Shown: positions 28,036 to 38,290 of the stretch, one piece after another
Numbering within the stretch: position 1 is the first letter of the stretch
Layout of the letters: every line of letters starts with the position of its first letter
Assembly: GCA_038231455.1 (NCBI GenBank)
Contig: JBBRLI010000010.1
Span: 64,747 to 128,746, forward strand
DNA from: Vulcanimicrobiales bacterium
Lineage (GTDB): Bacteria > Vulcanimicrobiota > Vulcanimicrobiia > Vulcanimicrobiales > Vulcanimicrobiaceae
Reading direction: 5' to 3'
DNA: 64,000 nucleotides
Translations under genes and position numbers: made by a program
The notes under the pieces: model-generated
The model's input: the letters and a program-made list of their open reading frames with translations, nothing else
Database searches by the model: none
Told to the model about the DNA's origin: nothing

Positions 28036-30752
28036 CGCCCAAACCGTGCGTCGACGACGGGGGGACGTTCGCGGCACGCGTTGCGATACGCGCAATACGT
28101 GCACGCGTCGGGATCGTCGGTCGCCGGAAAATCAGCGAGCGCGCCACTTGCGATTTCGGATGCGAGTTCGATCATTTTTGCTTTCGCACGTTCGAGATCG
28201 GCGATGCCGATCACGCCGATCGTCGAGCGATCGTTGCGGCGCGATTCGATCGGAACCAGGGCAATTTCAAGTTCCACCGGCGCGACATCGAGCAGCGCGT
28301 CTTTGAGTGGGATGAGCGAGAGGCGCGTCACGCGATCGCCCGCTGCCGTGCGCGCCCAGTAGTAAAATGGCAGCTGGAAATCGGTGAACTTCACGACCTT
28401 ATCGCGATATTCTGAGGCGCTTTCGGCAATCGTTCCCGTCTTATAGTCGACGACGGTCACGCCGCCGCTGCGATCGTCGCGGTCGAGCCGATCGATGTAA
28501 CCGACGAATGCATGGCCCGCGAGTTCGAGGTCGGCAGAAACTTCGTTGCCGATGACGGTGAACGGTTCGCGTGCAGTACGCTCGAGAATCCACTTGACAT
28601 ATTTGATCGCCGTCCGTCTGGCGCGGCGTTTTTGGAGTTCGAACTCTACGACCGCATCGAAGCGCGTTCGGAAGCGATCGAAGGCGCCGTTGATACAGGC
28701 TTCAAGAAACCGTTCCAGCGTCGGGCGGTCGACGCCGTCGACGCGCGGATATTTTTCGTGAAATTCTTCGAGCGCGGAATGGAATGCCGTCCCGTAAAAT
28801 GATGCCGACGAGCCGCGATCTTCGACCGCCGAGCAGACATACCGGTAATACCACTTGCGTCTGCATTCCGCGAATGCGTTGAGCGAGGAGGCACTAAAGT
28901 GCATCTTCCGCATCGGGACGGCGCGACCGGGTTCGCGTTCGCGCGTCGGTAGCGACTCCGCTCCCGCGACGACCGGAACGGAAGCGCGCGCCGTGCCCGT
29001 CTCAGCAGCAAGATCGGCGAGAAAGGAGCGTGCTTCCCACGCCGGTGCGAGCGCGCGGGCGGAGTCGAAATCGCGCGCGATTTGCGCGAGTGTCAGCAGC
29101 GTACGCTGCGTCGTCTCGTCCGCGTCGGCTGCCACGCCGGTCGCAACGACGATCGCGCCCAATACGCTTCCGGCCCCCGCATCGGGCGCGCGGTACGCAG
29201 AAGTAATGGCTGCGAGTAAATCGCGCAGGCGCAGCGCAGGGTGCATGTCGGTTGGGGTAAGACTCGCGCGTCCAGATGCAATTGCTTCGAGGAGCGCTCG
29301 CTCACCAGTCGCGACTAAGAGCGCGCTCGCATTATCGGCGGCGATCGGCGAGAGCGCGCCGACCGCCACGCGACGCGCGTCGACATCACGTTCGTAGGCC
29401 GCGAACCGGACGAGCGTCGCAACCGCATCCACCAGACCCCGATCGAGCGCCGGCGGCAGGACCGGTCCAAGGTCGACCGATTCGATATCGATCGCTTGTG
29501 CAGCGAAGAGGCGTCTGAAAACAAAACCGCGTTCGCCCTCGAGGAGCGCGGCATCGACGCGGAGCTGCGATGCTGGCGTTGCGGGCGATTCCGCAATTGC
29601 CTTGGTCAGAGCCGAGCGTTCATCGTAGACGTTCCCGAAGGCAAGGAGCGTGCGATAATGGGCGATCAATGGCTCGAAGAACGCGCGCTCGGGATGGTCC
29701 GCCTGATCGCACGCGGCGGCGGCGCGCTGCGCGAATGACGCACTCTCGATCACCGCGGGTGCGAGGCCGATGTCATCGCGCGTCCGCGCGAGCGCACGGA
29801 GGATCGCGCGCCGCTCGCTCTGGCTGATCACACGTGCGCCGATAAGCGATTCGAGAAACGCCGCCGGCGTGAGGACGCGGGCGCTTCCCACATGTAGCGC
29901 AACCGCGGGTCGAAGACCGGCGGATAGGCGGCCTTCGTCGACGAGCAGCGTTACCACGATGCGAGTGATACGGAGCGCCGGATGCGCGACCTTCCCTCGG
30001 GTTCGGTTCGCAAGGCGATTCGCCAGCGCGACATCGCTTACTCGATCCACGTTCACGGCGATTTCGGGATAGCGGCTGAGGATCGCACCGACCGGCGCGC
30101 CGAGCAATCGGCTCGCGCGCTCTTCGGCCATGGCGATGCTCAGGCGTCCAAGAGCAAACTGCACGAAGATGTCCCAGCCGAAAATCGCCGCGAGTTGCAG
30201 CGGATTTTTGCGCGCGGCGCCGAGCCGTTCCAGGAACAGCAGAAGGCCCGGCAACACACGCGGTTTGATCGCGATGAAACCCGCGCCACAAAACGAACCT
30301 TCACGTAGGCGCGCCCACGTATGCGGAACTTCGGGGAAGCGCGCGAGGTGCTCGCGTTTCTCAACGCACGCATACGCAAGGTCGCAATCGCGAGCACGGG
30401 CCTGCGCGATAAAGTCATCGATGCCGACGGTTGAAAGAAACGGCAAATCCGATGTGCTGACGAGGACGAGTTCCTCGGAATGCAGCGATGCAAGACCCGC
30501 GAGAAGGCTCTCGCTGATACGCGCGCCTGCGGGACGAAGTTCGTCTGAGCCGAGCAGTTCGGGCCTCTCGAAGGTGTCCGGAGGGGCAACGGTCACAATG
30601 CGCGCGATCTGCGTGCTCGTCCGCAAGGCGTCGACCGTGCGCTGGATAAGCGCAACGCCGCCAATCTGCACGAATGCTTTATTCGGCACGCTTTGCAGCG
30701 CGCTGACGCGGTCGGGCCCGCCGCCGGCGAGAACGACAGCGGTTATCGCCAC
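28032..30752 (-). CDS. Fused ORF: N-terminal MobA-like NTP transferase plus C-terminal PD-(D/E)XK RecB-like nuclease with Cys cluster
   Basis: VVLAGG...NKAF...SDLP...NVD in the first ~250 aa; FSASSLNAFAECRRKW, GTAFH, GYIDRLD, VVDYKTG, QL..Y, CTYCAYRNAC at the C-terminus. Confidence 0.75.
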   Translation of the reverse strand: MAITAVVLAGGGPDRVSALQSVPNKAFVQIGGVALIQRTVDALRTSTQIARIVTVAPPDTFERPELLGSDELRPAGARISESLLAGLASLHSEELVLVSTSDLPFLSTVGIDDFIAQARARDCDLAYACVEKREHLARFPEVPHTWARLREGSFCGAGFIAIKPRVLPGLLLFLERLGAARKNPLQLAAIFGWDIFVQFALGRLSIAMAEERASRLLGAPVGAILSRYPEIAVNVDRVSDVALANRLANRTRGKVAHPALRITRIVVTLLVDEGRLSAGLRPAVALHVGSARVLTPAAFLESLIGARVISQSERRAILRALARTRDDIGLAPAVIESASFAQRAAAACDQADHPERAFFEPLIAHYRTLLAFGNVYDERSALTKAIAESPATPASQLRVDAALLEGERGFVFRRLFAAQAIDIESVDLGPVLPPALDRGLVDAVATLVRFAAYERDVDARRVAVGALSPIAADNASALLVATGERALLEAIASGRASLTPTDMHPALRLRDLLAAITSAYRAPDAGAGSVLGAIVVATGVAADADETTQRTLLTLAQIARDFDSARALAPAWEARSFLADLAAETGTARASVPVVAGAESLPTREREPGRAVPMRKMHFSASSLNAFAECRRKWYYRYVCSAVEDRGSSASFYGTAFHSALEEFHEKYPRVDGVDRPTLERFLEACINGAFDRFRTRFDAVVEFELQKRRARRTAIKYVKWILERTAREPFTVIGNEVSADLELAGHAFVGYIDRLDRDDRSGGVTVVDYKTGTIAESASEYRDKVVKFTDFQLPFYYWARTAAGDRVTRLSLIPLKDALLDVAPVELEIALVPIESRRNDRSTIGVIGIADLERAKAKMIELASEIASGALADFPATDDPDACTYCAYRNACRERPPVVDARFGR

Positions 30753-31606
30753 GCGAGAGCGCCGACAAACGGAACGACAACGAGTCGCGTGCCGCTCGGA
30801 ACCTCGACCGCACGCGCCAAATCGCGTGCATCGGATTCACTCTGGCAGAGGCCAAACGAACACGCGCCGCTTCCGCTCAGCATCGCAAGCGGTGCGCCGG
30901 CAGCGCGAAGCGCGCGCAGGTCGTCGGCAATTCGGGGCTCGAGGACGGTCACGATCGGTTCGAAATCATTGCTTGCGTGCGCGCACACGGCAGAAAAATC
31001 GCCACGTTGCACGGCTTCGAGCACGCGCAGACTCGCCGAATCACTACGCGGCCGGCTCGGCGGCGGCGAGGCGAGCCGCGCCTGCGCGAGCGCGCGGTAC
31101 GCATCGCCCGTGTTCACGGAAACCGGCGGAATCGCGACGATCACCCACCACGGCGGGAGCGCGCCAAGGGCCGTGACGCGCTCCCCGGTTCCCTCGACGA
31201 GTGCGCCGCTCTCGACGAGAAAAAACGGGATATCCGAGCCTAGCGATCGGGCAAGCGCGATCCAATCGTGCTCGCCGAGGATTGCTAGTTCGCCGCGCAT
31301 CCCCGCAAGCAAGACCGCCGCCGCATCGCTCGAGCCGCCGCCGAGTCCCGCGCCGACCGGTATCTCCTTGCGCAGCCGAACGGCGAATGCTCCTTGCTTG
31401 CAATCGAGCAACCGGAGCGCGCGAAGAACGAGATTATCGTGCGCGAGCGCCTCCGGTTCACAGGCAAACGAAAATGCTGTCGCCGGGGCGATCGTCAGCT
31501 CGTCGCACAGCGCGATTGGGATCATGACGCTGCGCAGCGCGTGGTAGCCGTCGTCGCGGCGAGCGAGGATTTCGAGGGTAAGGTTGATCTTGGCGGGAGC
31601 GAGCAC
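30743..31606 (-). CDS. ispE: 4-diphosphocytidyl-2-C-methyl-D-erythritol kinase
   Basis: APAKINLTL, KEIPVGAGLGGGSSDAA, LGSDIPFF, LSGSG motifs. Confidence 0.95.
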   Translation of the reverse strand: MLAPAKINLTLEILARRDDGYHALRSVMIPIALCDELTIAPATAFSFACEPEALAHDNLVLRALRLLDCKQGAFAVRLRKEIPVGAGLGGGSSDAAAVLLAGMRGELAILGEHDWIALARSLGSDIPFFLVESGALVEGTGERVTALGALPPWWVIVAIPPVSVNTGDAYRALAQARLASPPPSRPRSDSASLRVLEAVQRGDFSAVCAHASNDFEPIVTVLEPRIADDLRALRAAGAPLAMLSGSGACSFGLCQSESDARDLARAVEVPSGTRLVVVPFVGALAWR

Positions 31607-31701
31607 GTGGCTCAAGCTCCCGCGCGTACCGCGGGCTTCCTGCCGACGAATCGCCGCGCCCGGGGAGGCGACCGGAAAAAAACCGGGTACGCTACGCCCA
31701 T

Positions 31702-34140
31702 ATGGGTCCAAGCTACGATGCCCAGCATAACGAGTTTTGTGCCTACGTGCTGCCGGAGTCGCAAACACCATTCGGGCTGACGCTCGGTAATTTCAAGACG
31801 TTCGCATCCTCGACGCCCAAAGGCAGCATTCGCGGACTTTGGGATGCCGATACCGACCAGATCATCTTCGGTTCGCACCAAGTCGCCTACCGGGTCGGTG
31901 ATGCCGATACGCTCTTTCCGCATCAGATCGTGCGCGAGTTTACGTTTCTCACCTACGCGCAGATTTCCGAATTTCGCTTGAACGATACGATCGGGGTGAC
32001 CGAGGCGTTTTACGTTCCGCACGGTCCGCGCCACGATCGTGTCGTGAGCTTTATCGTCGACATCACGATACACAACGCCGGTCCGGCCTCCGAACGCGTG
32101 AAGATTTTCCCCTGGGCGCTGCTGGTCGGCCAGCGGTTTTATGGCGAACCGGAAAAGGAAGTCCGCGCGAGTGTTGAGGGTCCATACGTGCGCTCGCACG
32201 GCGAGGACACAAATTACGTCCGCTGGTGGGGCGGCTCGCGCGAACCCAGCCACACGGTCGTCGCCCTGCGCGAGCAGACGATCTTGCAAGGCATGATGGC
32301 GGGTTCGCTGCAGTCGGCAGATCATCTCGATGAAGTCACACCCAAGCTTGCGGAGTTCGTAAGCCGCCGTATCTTCGGTGCTCTCGAATATCACATCGAC
32401 GTTGCGCCGGGGGCGCGCGAACGTCTACGTCTTGCGGTCGTCTTCCACAAGGACGGCGATGAGAAGTGCAAGCCCGTTTTCGAACAGCTGCTGCACGATC
32501 CGAAGGCCTTGCACGAAACCCAGCGCTACTATGCCTCGAAACTTGCCGATGCGCGGTTGATGACGCCCTCGCCGCTGATCAATCGCGGTGTGGTCTGGGC
32601 GAAGACCAACATGCTGCGCGTGATTAAAGAATATCCGCAGGGCTGGGGTTCGACCAATTCGCCGCCATCGGACATTCTCGTCTCGCGCGACACGTCGTGG
32701 TTCGTGCACGGGTACGACTATTTTCTGCCGCAGTTCAGTCGCGATGCGATCGAACTCTTCAACCGCCACATCGAGCCGACGGGCCAGGTGGTCGAGTACG
32801 TACGCGGCGTTAACGGCTTTAAAACCTCGTACGACCTCAACATCAACGACGATACACCGCTCCACATCATCGCGATCCTGCACCACTATAACGCGACGCT
32901 CGACGATACGTGGTTGCGCGAAGTCTTACCGCTGGTCATTAAGATTGCTGACTACATGCTCACGCAGCGCGATGCCAACGGCCTCGTCTTCTGCAAGGCC
33001 GGCGGTGTCGACATGTTCGGCATAACGTCTTGGCGCAATATCATTCCGTATTACACGCTCGACGGCGCCGTGACCGAGATCAACTCCGAGGCGTACTTCG
33101 CGCTCGAAGCCGCCTCGATGATTTGTGCTGTCTGCGATGATAAAGACAATTGGGAGAAATTCTCGCGTGAAGCGACGGCCCTGCGAGCAGCGATGATGGA
33201 GAAACTCTTCAATCACGATAGCTCCGCGTTCGTCCTCAACTACGATCACGATCAAAACTATCAGGACAACTTTACCGCAGACGAAGTCTTCCCGGTGCTT
33301 TTTAACGTCGCGCCCGAAGCGGAACGCAAAGCGATCTTGCGCCGCCTGATGGAGCCGGATTTCACGACGGCCGTTGGCCTGCGCACGATCTCGACGGCCG
33401 ACTCGTGGTACTTCCCCTCGCACGGTTTCGGACTGCTCGGCGGCATTTGGCCCGATCTCACGCTCTGGTTTGCGGTCGCTCTTGCGCGCAATGGTTCGCC
33501 GGAAGCGGCCGTGCACTGGCTCGAAGTCATTTACGAAACGATGGAGGCGGGTGCGCGTCTGAACACCGTCCCGGGACAGTTCGGTGAATGGTTCGACGGC
33601 GGATCGCTCACCAATCGCGGGATGTATCTCTCGCCGTGGACCGGCGCAAAATATTTGTGGGGCGTCGCCGAGACGGTGTGCGGGCTCGATGGCTACCGGA
33701 CGAGCGGACGGACGCACCTCTCACCGCTTGTGCCCTCGGGTTGGGAGTGGACTGCGGCGGTTCGCGTCCACTGGGGCGGTCGGCGCTGCACGTACGTGAT
33801 CGATGCGAAGAATCACGCGGTGTACGGCGATATGATCGAAGCATCCGCCGACGAACCGTACACGGTCTACTATTCGGGCAAGGACGTCACGGACGAAGTC
33901 ACGACTTCACCCGTCGATATCGGTGCGGTCGCATTCGAAGATGCAAGCGGCGCCGTCCGCCTCTTTCTCTGCAATCAAAACGACCACGCGCGCAACGTGT
34001 CGGTGGAGTTCCGCGGGCGTACGCACCGTCAGACCGTTACATCGGGAACGCTCGCCGACATCGCGCTGATCGGAAAACACCAACACGTCCCGGCAACCCC
34101 GGCGATTCCTGACGCTCCGGTCGCGTTTGCGCCTGCGTAA
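31702..34140 (+). CDS. Large (alpha/alpha)6-barrel glycoside hydrolase (amylo-alpha-1,6-glucosidase/debranching-like)
   Basis: SRDTSW, DDTPLHII, GLRTIS, GGIWP, FGEWFDG, SPW motifs resembling six-hairpin glycosidases. Confidence 0.6.
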   Translation: MGPSYDAQHNEFCAYVLPESQTPFGLTLGNFKTFASSTPKGSIRGLWDADTDQIIFGSHQVAYRVGDADTLFPHQIVREFTFLTYAQISEFRLNDTIGVTEAFYVPHGPRHDRVVSFIVDITIHNAGPASERVKIFPWALLVGQRFYGEPEKEVRASVEGPYVRSHGEDTNYVRWWGGSREPSHTVVALREQTILQGMMAGSLQSADHLDEVTPKLAEFVSRRIFGALEYHIDVAPGARERLRLAVVFHKDGDEKCKPVFEQLLHDPKALHETQRYYASKLADARLMTPSPLINRGVVWAKTNMLRVIKEYPQGWGSTNSPPSDILVSRDTSWFVHGYDYFLPQFSRDAIELFNRHIEPTGQVVEYVRGVNGFKTSYDLNINDDTPLHIIAILHHYNATLDDTWLREVLPLVIKIADYMLTQRDANGLVFCKAGGVDMFGITSWRNIIPYYTLDGAVTEINSEAYFALEAASMICAVCDDKDNWEKFSREATALRAAMMEKLFNHDSSAFVLNYDHDQNYQDNFTADEVFPVLFNVAPEAERKAILRRLMEPDFTTAVGLRTISTADSWYFPSHGFGLLGGIWPDLTLWFAVALARNGSPEAAVHWLEVIYETMEAGARLNTVPGQFGEWFDGGSLTNRGMYLSPWTGAKYLWGVAETVCGLDGYRTSGRTHLSPLVPSGWEWTAAVRVHWGGRRCTYVIDAKNHAVYGDMIEASADEPYTVYYSGKDVTDEVTTSPVDIGAVAFEDASGAVRLFLCNQNDHARNVSVEFRGRTHRQTVTSGTLADIALIGKHQHVPATPAIPDAPVAFAPA

Positions 34141-34202
34141 ACGAGGTGATCGCGTGCGTTGTCGCCTACTTCGTGGCGTGCTAGATCTGCGGAATCACCG
34201 GC

Positions 34203-34634
34203 GTGCGTAATCGTCGCCCTCGCGTTTCACTGATACTGATCGGCGGTGCGGCGATTCTGCTCGTCTCGATTGCAATCGGCCAGCGACTCGGCGACCGCGT
34301 GCTCAACCAGTCAACCGCCCGTCGCGTCCCGATCGCGGGCGCGAATGCAACGCCCGTGGCCCAGACAACCAATTCGAATCTCGAGCGAAATTGGAAGCGT
34401 CTCCAGGTCGTGAGCGTGGCAACCGACCCGGCCTTTCCGGACCCGCGGGTGACACCAACCCCGGCTCCCCGAGTGACCGAGCGCCCGACCGAGCGCCCCA
34501 CCGCAACGCCCTCGCCGATCCCGCCCGCATCCTCGTACACCTCGCCGCCGCTCTTGTTGCCGCTGGCAACCCACGCACCCGGGGAGACGCAGCCCGAAGT
34601 GACCGGTGCCCCCGAGCCGTCGCCGAGCCCCTAA
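34203..34634 (+). CDS. Membrane-anchored Pro/Thr-rich hypothetical protein
   Basis: N-terminal TM segment and PT-rich tail. Confidence 0.6.
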   Translation: MRNRRPRVSLILIGGAAILLVSIAIGQRLGDRVLNQSTARRVPIAGANATPVAQTTNSNLERNWKRLQVVSVATDPAFPDPRVTPTPAPRVTERPTERPTATPSPIPPASSYTSPPLLLPLATHAPGETQPEVTGAPEPSPSP

Positions 34635-34739
34635 ACGCAACCGTTTTCGACCTGCGCGGCGTCGAAAGACGTGTCCCTAATGTTCGCATTGCCGCGGGCT
34701 GATACGATAGGGACAATCAAGCGTCATCGGAGGATCGCC

Positions 34740-35630
34740 ATGTCCAAGCAGACGGGTACCGTTAAAGTGAAGCGCGGCCTAGCGCAAATGCTCAAGGGCG
34801 GCGTGATCATGGACGTCGTGACCCCCGAGCAAGCCGTCATCGCCCAGGAAGCCGGAGCCGTCGCGGTCATGGCGCTCGAGCGCATCCCCGCCGACATTCG
34901 CGCGATGGGTGGCGTGGCACGTATGAGCGATCTCGAACTCGTCCAGCGCATCATGGATGCCGTCACGATTCCGGTCATGGCCAAAGCCCGCATCGGGCAC
35001 CTTGCCGAAGCGCAGACGCTCGAAGCGCTCGGCGTCGACTTCATCGACGAATCCGAAGTGCTCACGCCCGCCGACGACAAGTACCACCTCAACAAACACC
35101 CCTACAAAGTGCCGTTCGTCTGCGGCGCGCGCGATCTCGGTGAAGCGCTCCGTCGCATCGCCGAAGGCGCTGCAATGATTCGGAGCAAGGGTGAAGCCGG
35201 CAGCGGCAACATCGTCGAGGCCGTGCGCCACATGCGTGCGATCCGCGACGGTATCGCCGAACTCACGGCCATCCCCGAAGAAGAGTACGTCGCTCGCGCA
35301 CGCGACTACGGCGCACCGCTCGACCTGATCGAATACGTTGCGAAAAACGGCAAACTTCCAGTCGTGCTCTTTTGCGCGGGCGGCATCTCAACACCGGCCG
35401 ACGCCGCACTCATGATGCAACTCGGAGCTGAAGGCAACTTCGTCGGCTCCGGCATCTTCAAGAGTTCGAACCCCGCGATGTTTGCAAAAGCGATCGTCGA
35501 TGCAACCACGCACTTCAATGATCCTAACGTCATCGTCAAAGCGCACAAGATGCTCAGCGGAACGGCAATGCCGGGCCTCGACCTGCGTCAGATGAAACCT
35601 GAAGACATGCTCTCGACACGCGGCGTCTAG
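34740..35630 (+). CDS. pdxS: Pyridoxal 5'-phosphate synthase lyase subunit
   Basis: [40 protein letters not shown] motifs. Confidence 0.97.
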   Translation: MSKQTGTVKVKRGLAQMLKGGVIMDVVTPEQAVIAQEAGAVAVMALERIPADIRAMGGVARMSDLELVQRIMDAVTIPVMAKARIGHLAEAQTLEALGVDFIDESEVLTPADDKYHLNKHPYKVPFVCGARDLGEALRRIAEGAAMIRSKGEAGSGNIVEAVRHMRAIRDGIAELTAIPEEEYVARARDYGAPLDLIEYVAKNGKLPVVLFCAGGISTPADAALMMQLGAEGNFVGSGIFKSSNPAMFAKAIVDATTHFNDPNVIVKAHKMLSGTAMPGLDLRQMKPEDMLSTRGV

Positions 35631-35631
35631 T

Positions 35632-36213
35632 TTGGCGCAACCGCGCATCGGCGTACTCGCCGTGCAAGGCGACGTCGACGAACACCGCACGGCGCTGGAG
35701 AAATCTGGCGCCGTTTCCTCGTCCGTCAAGACCGCAGAGCAACTCGCCGTGGTCGACGGGTTGATTATTCCCGGCGGCGAGTCGACGACCGTCATCCGTC
35801 TGCTCGAACGCTTCGGTCTCGACACGGTGATCAAAGAGCGCGTCTCCGGCGGCATGCCGCTGTGGGGAACGTGTATGGGAATGATCGTCGCCGCACACGA
35901 TGTCGCAGGACTCGATCAAAAAACGCTGGACCTGATCGATATCACCGTCCGTCGCAACGCCTTCGGCCGTCAAATCGACAGCGCGGAGATCGACTTACCC
36001 GTGCGGGTGCTCGGCGCTAGGACATTCCCGGCGGTGTTTATTCGCGCGCCTTGGATCGAACGAACCGGGCCTAGCGTCGAGACCCTGGCAAGCGTTGAGG
36101 GGCACGGCGTTTTCGTTCGTGAAAACAACGTGATCGCGAGCTCGTTCCACCCCGAACTCACGCGCGACCGCCGCATGCACGAATACTTCTGCGCCATGGT
36201 CAAGGGCTCGTAA
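35632..36213 (+). CDS. pdxT: PLP synthase glutaminase subunit
   Basis: GVLAVQG, IPGGEST, GTCMG, RNAFGRQ, FHPEL motifs. Confidence 0.96.
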   Translation: MAQPRIGVLAVQGDVDEHRTALEKSGAVSSSVKTAEQLAVVDGLIIPGGESTTVIRLLERFGLDTVIKERVSGGMPLWGTCMGMIVAAHDVAGLDQKTLDLIDITVRRNAFGRQIDSAEIDLPVRVLGARTFPAVFIRAPWIERTGPSVETLASVEGHGVFVRENNVIASSFHPELTRDRRMHEYFCAMVKGS

Positions 36214-36244
36214 CGCGAGAGGCGCGTGATCGAGGCGTTGACGG

Positions 36245-36721
36245 TTACATCTTCATCGCGTGTGCGCCGTGTTCGTCGACTTGGCTTGCAAAATAGCGAT
36301 GAATCGCGGCGACTAGTGCGCGATTCGACGACGTGTATGTGATGGTTGCGCCACTCGGGACTTCGCCATAGGTTACGGAGAGACGTTTGTAGCCTTCGTG
36401 CATGTCCGCGATTCCAGGCATCGTCTTGCCATGAATAGCTCCCGGATCCGTAAAGTCGCCTCTGGCAAACGCGGCCGCTTCTTTTCGAAGATGCGAACGC
36501 ACGAGCATGATTTGTCGCGGATTGCCGTCCTTGACCATGACGGTTTGTTTACCACCTGAGACCGACGAGGAAAACATGTGCATCGTGTCCGCCGCAGAGA
36601 ACGGCATAACGATTGCGCCTTTCTTCTCAACGTCTCGGCGCTTTTCATCAGACGATTGCGCGAAGACGACACCGGTCAGGCAAACGGTCAAAGCGGTGGA
36701 CATGAAGATGAGTTTCGTCAA
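36245..36721 (-). CDS. Secreted His/Met-rich hypothetical protein
   Basis: Signal peptide ending VFA-QS; VMPF...HL...FARGDFTDP..IHG..MPG...H...Q...HG pattern; TTG start inferred. Confidence 0.65.
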   Translation of the reverse strand: MTKLIFMSTALTVCLTGVVFAQSSDEKRRDVEKKGAIVMPFSAADTMHMFSSSVSGGKQTVMVKDGNPRQIMLVRSHLRKEAAAFARGDFTDPGAIHGKTMPGIADMHEGYKRLSVTYGEVPSGATITYTSSNRALVAAIHRYFASQVDEHGAHAMKM

Positions 36722-36884
36722 AACCGAACCCCCCACGAAATGCCCGCACGGAGCGCATAGCGAGCAACCATTCAGTCGGGCGTTCTGCAAGAGATCGGGT
36801 TCACATCTCGGGGAAGGCGGGTACACAAAGAACGTCGCTCCACTTGGGTGCGGTGATCTCTTTTTTATTGAACGCGAGGATAAC

Positions 36885-37009
36885 GTGGCCAAAGCCTCAT
36901 CGAAAACAAAAACCGCCGTCGTCGCGAAAGGTGGAAGCGTTAAGATCGATGCGCCTTTCGCGCGGCGCCGCAGCAGACGCTGACGACCAATCAAGGCGTC
37001 CCGATCACC
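36885..37009 (+). pseudogene. Probable remnant of a catalase (KatE/HPII-type) 5' end
   Basis: GAGGA SD plus GTG-AKASSKTK..., then in a shifted frame LTTNQGVPIT, resembling the catalase LTTNQGVPI.DNQNSL segment; no continuation. Confidence 0.4.
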
Positions 37010-37215
37010 GAATTAGGCAACCACCGCATCTGGACAAGAACGAATCTCGCCGTAACACCAGCCTCAGAACGACTTGCCAAAAAAAATCCGTTACAAAGAG
37101 TCACGAATCGCGCGCAAGCCTTTTCTCTTAAAAAAACAAGCATGCGACAATCCCACCACCCAAGACGGCAAGAAGAAGCAATCCACGAGTTTCTTACATT
37201 GCCGAGATCGCGCCG

Positions 37216-37359
37216 GGGCGAGGTGGGGGTTGGGCGGCGGCGGGGTGTCTGAGCTTTTTGCGGAGCCAGGATGGCGGAAGCAAAGAGTCAGCAAGTAGGC
37301 TTTTCCCAAGGATGGGAAAAGCCGGGCGTCCCCGCCGCCACCCAACCCCCACCTCGCCC
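37216..37359 (+). repeat. Structured dispersed repeat element, copy 2
   Basis: 30-bp terminal stem (29/30 paired) enclosing the same internal hairpins as copy 1. Confidence 0.85.
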
Positions 37360-37556
37360 AGCCACCACCGCCCCGGAGATAAAAAGAAACCAAGTAAAGA
37401 GAGTCGAATCCGTAACCCCATGTCGCATCTTGGGAACATCTCCGGGGTCCGAATACCGTCTCAAACCAGGGGCGGGGCAAAAACGTGCAATTTTACAGAA
37501 AAGCGAGGCATTGCCTCGCTTTTTGCGTCTACGCCGAAGAGCAAAGGGTTGAATTC

Positions 37557-38084
37557 GTGAGCGAAGTCCTCGTTCTCAACTTCACCTACGAAGCGCTGAA
37601 CATCACCAGTTTCCAGCGCGCGGTGAAGTTGATCTTCTCGGGCAAAGCCGAGGTGGTCCACGGCAACGACCGGCGTCTGGTTTCGCCGTCGTTCGAAATG
37701 AAGATGCCCTCGATCATCCGGATGCTCTACTATATCCGGCGGCCGATGCAAAAAGTAGCGCTCACCAAGAAGAACATCTTGCTGCGGGACGACTACACGT
37801 GCCAGTACTGCAACCTGCGCGGCGAGCGGATGATGACGGTGGATCACGTTCATCCCCGGTCAAAAGGCGGACCGTCGACCTGGGAGAATTTAGTCTGCGC
37901 GTGCATGCGGTGTAACAACCGCAAGAATAACCGTACCCCCGAGCATGCGAACATGCCGCTCAAGCGGAAGCCAAAAGCGCCGAAGTATATACCATGGATC
38001 CGGGTGAAGCGGAACACGCTGCCTGGTGAATGGCACAAGTTTCTCTTTCTCTACAATGTCTCGATCGACGAACGGATTGAGTGA
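37557..38084 (+). CDS. HNH endonuclease (McrA/HNH_5-like)
   Basis: VLVLNFTYEAL, RDDYTCQYC, TVDHVHPRSKGG..TWENLVCACMRCNNRK motifs. Confidence 0.92.
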   Translation: MSEVLVLNFTYEALNITSFQRAVKLIFSGKAEVVHGNDRRLVSPSFEMKMPSIIRMLYYIRRPMQKVALTKKNILLRDDYTCQYCNLRGERMMTVDHVHPRSKGGPSTWENLVCACMRCNNRKNNRTPEHANMPLKRKPKAPKYIPWIRVKRNTLPGEWHKFLFLYNVSIDERIE

Positions 38085-38107
38085 TCGAACGCACACTAGG
38101 ATGACGC

Positions 38108-38290
38108 ATGGCTTTTATCACGGTGACGGACGCGGCGGGACGCGTCCTCTTTCGTCGGGCTGCGACACAATCGGAGATCGACGATGCGGCGAATGCCGCG
38201 GATGTAGCGGAAATCGAGGCGCACGAAGCGATGGAGCGCATCGCCGCTTCGCGCGAGCACGTCGAGTCGTTCGTGGATAGCCAGCAATGA
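38108..38290 (+). CDS. Small hypothetical protein
   Basis: 60-aa ORF with AGGA upstream; ATGA overlap with the next ORF. Confidence 0.55.
   Translation: MAFITVTDAAGRVLFRRAATQSEIDDAANAADVAEIEAHEAMERIAASREHVESFVDSQQ

Noticed and set aside
34460-34510. Short direct repeat GACCGAGCGCCC x2
   Set aside because: Encodes TERP-TERP in a Pro/Thr-rich linker; not a CRISPR or mobile repeat.
37074-37560. Short ORFs over element copy 2
   Set aside because: No recognisable domains; they overlap the structured repeat.
37216-38084. HEARO/OMEGA (IscB) system
   Set aside because: The HNH protein is only ~175 aa with no RuvC or PLMP domain, and the RNA-like element also occurs without it.
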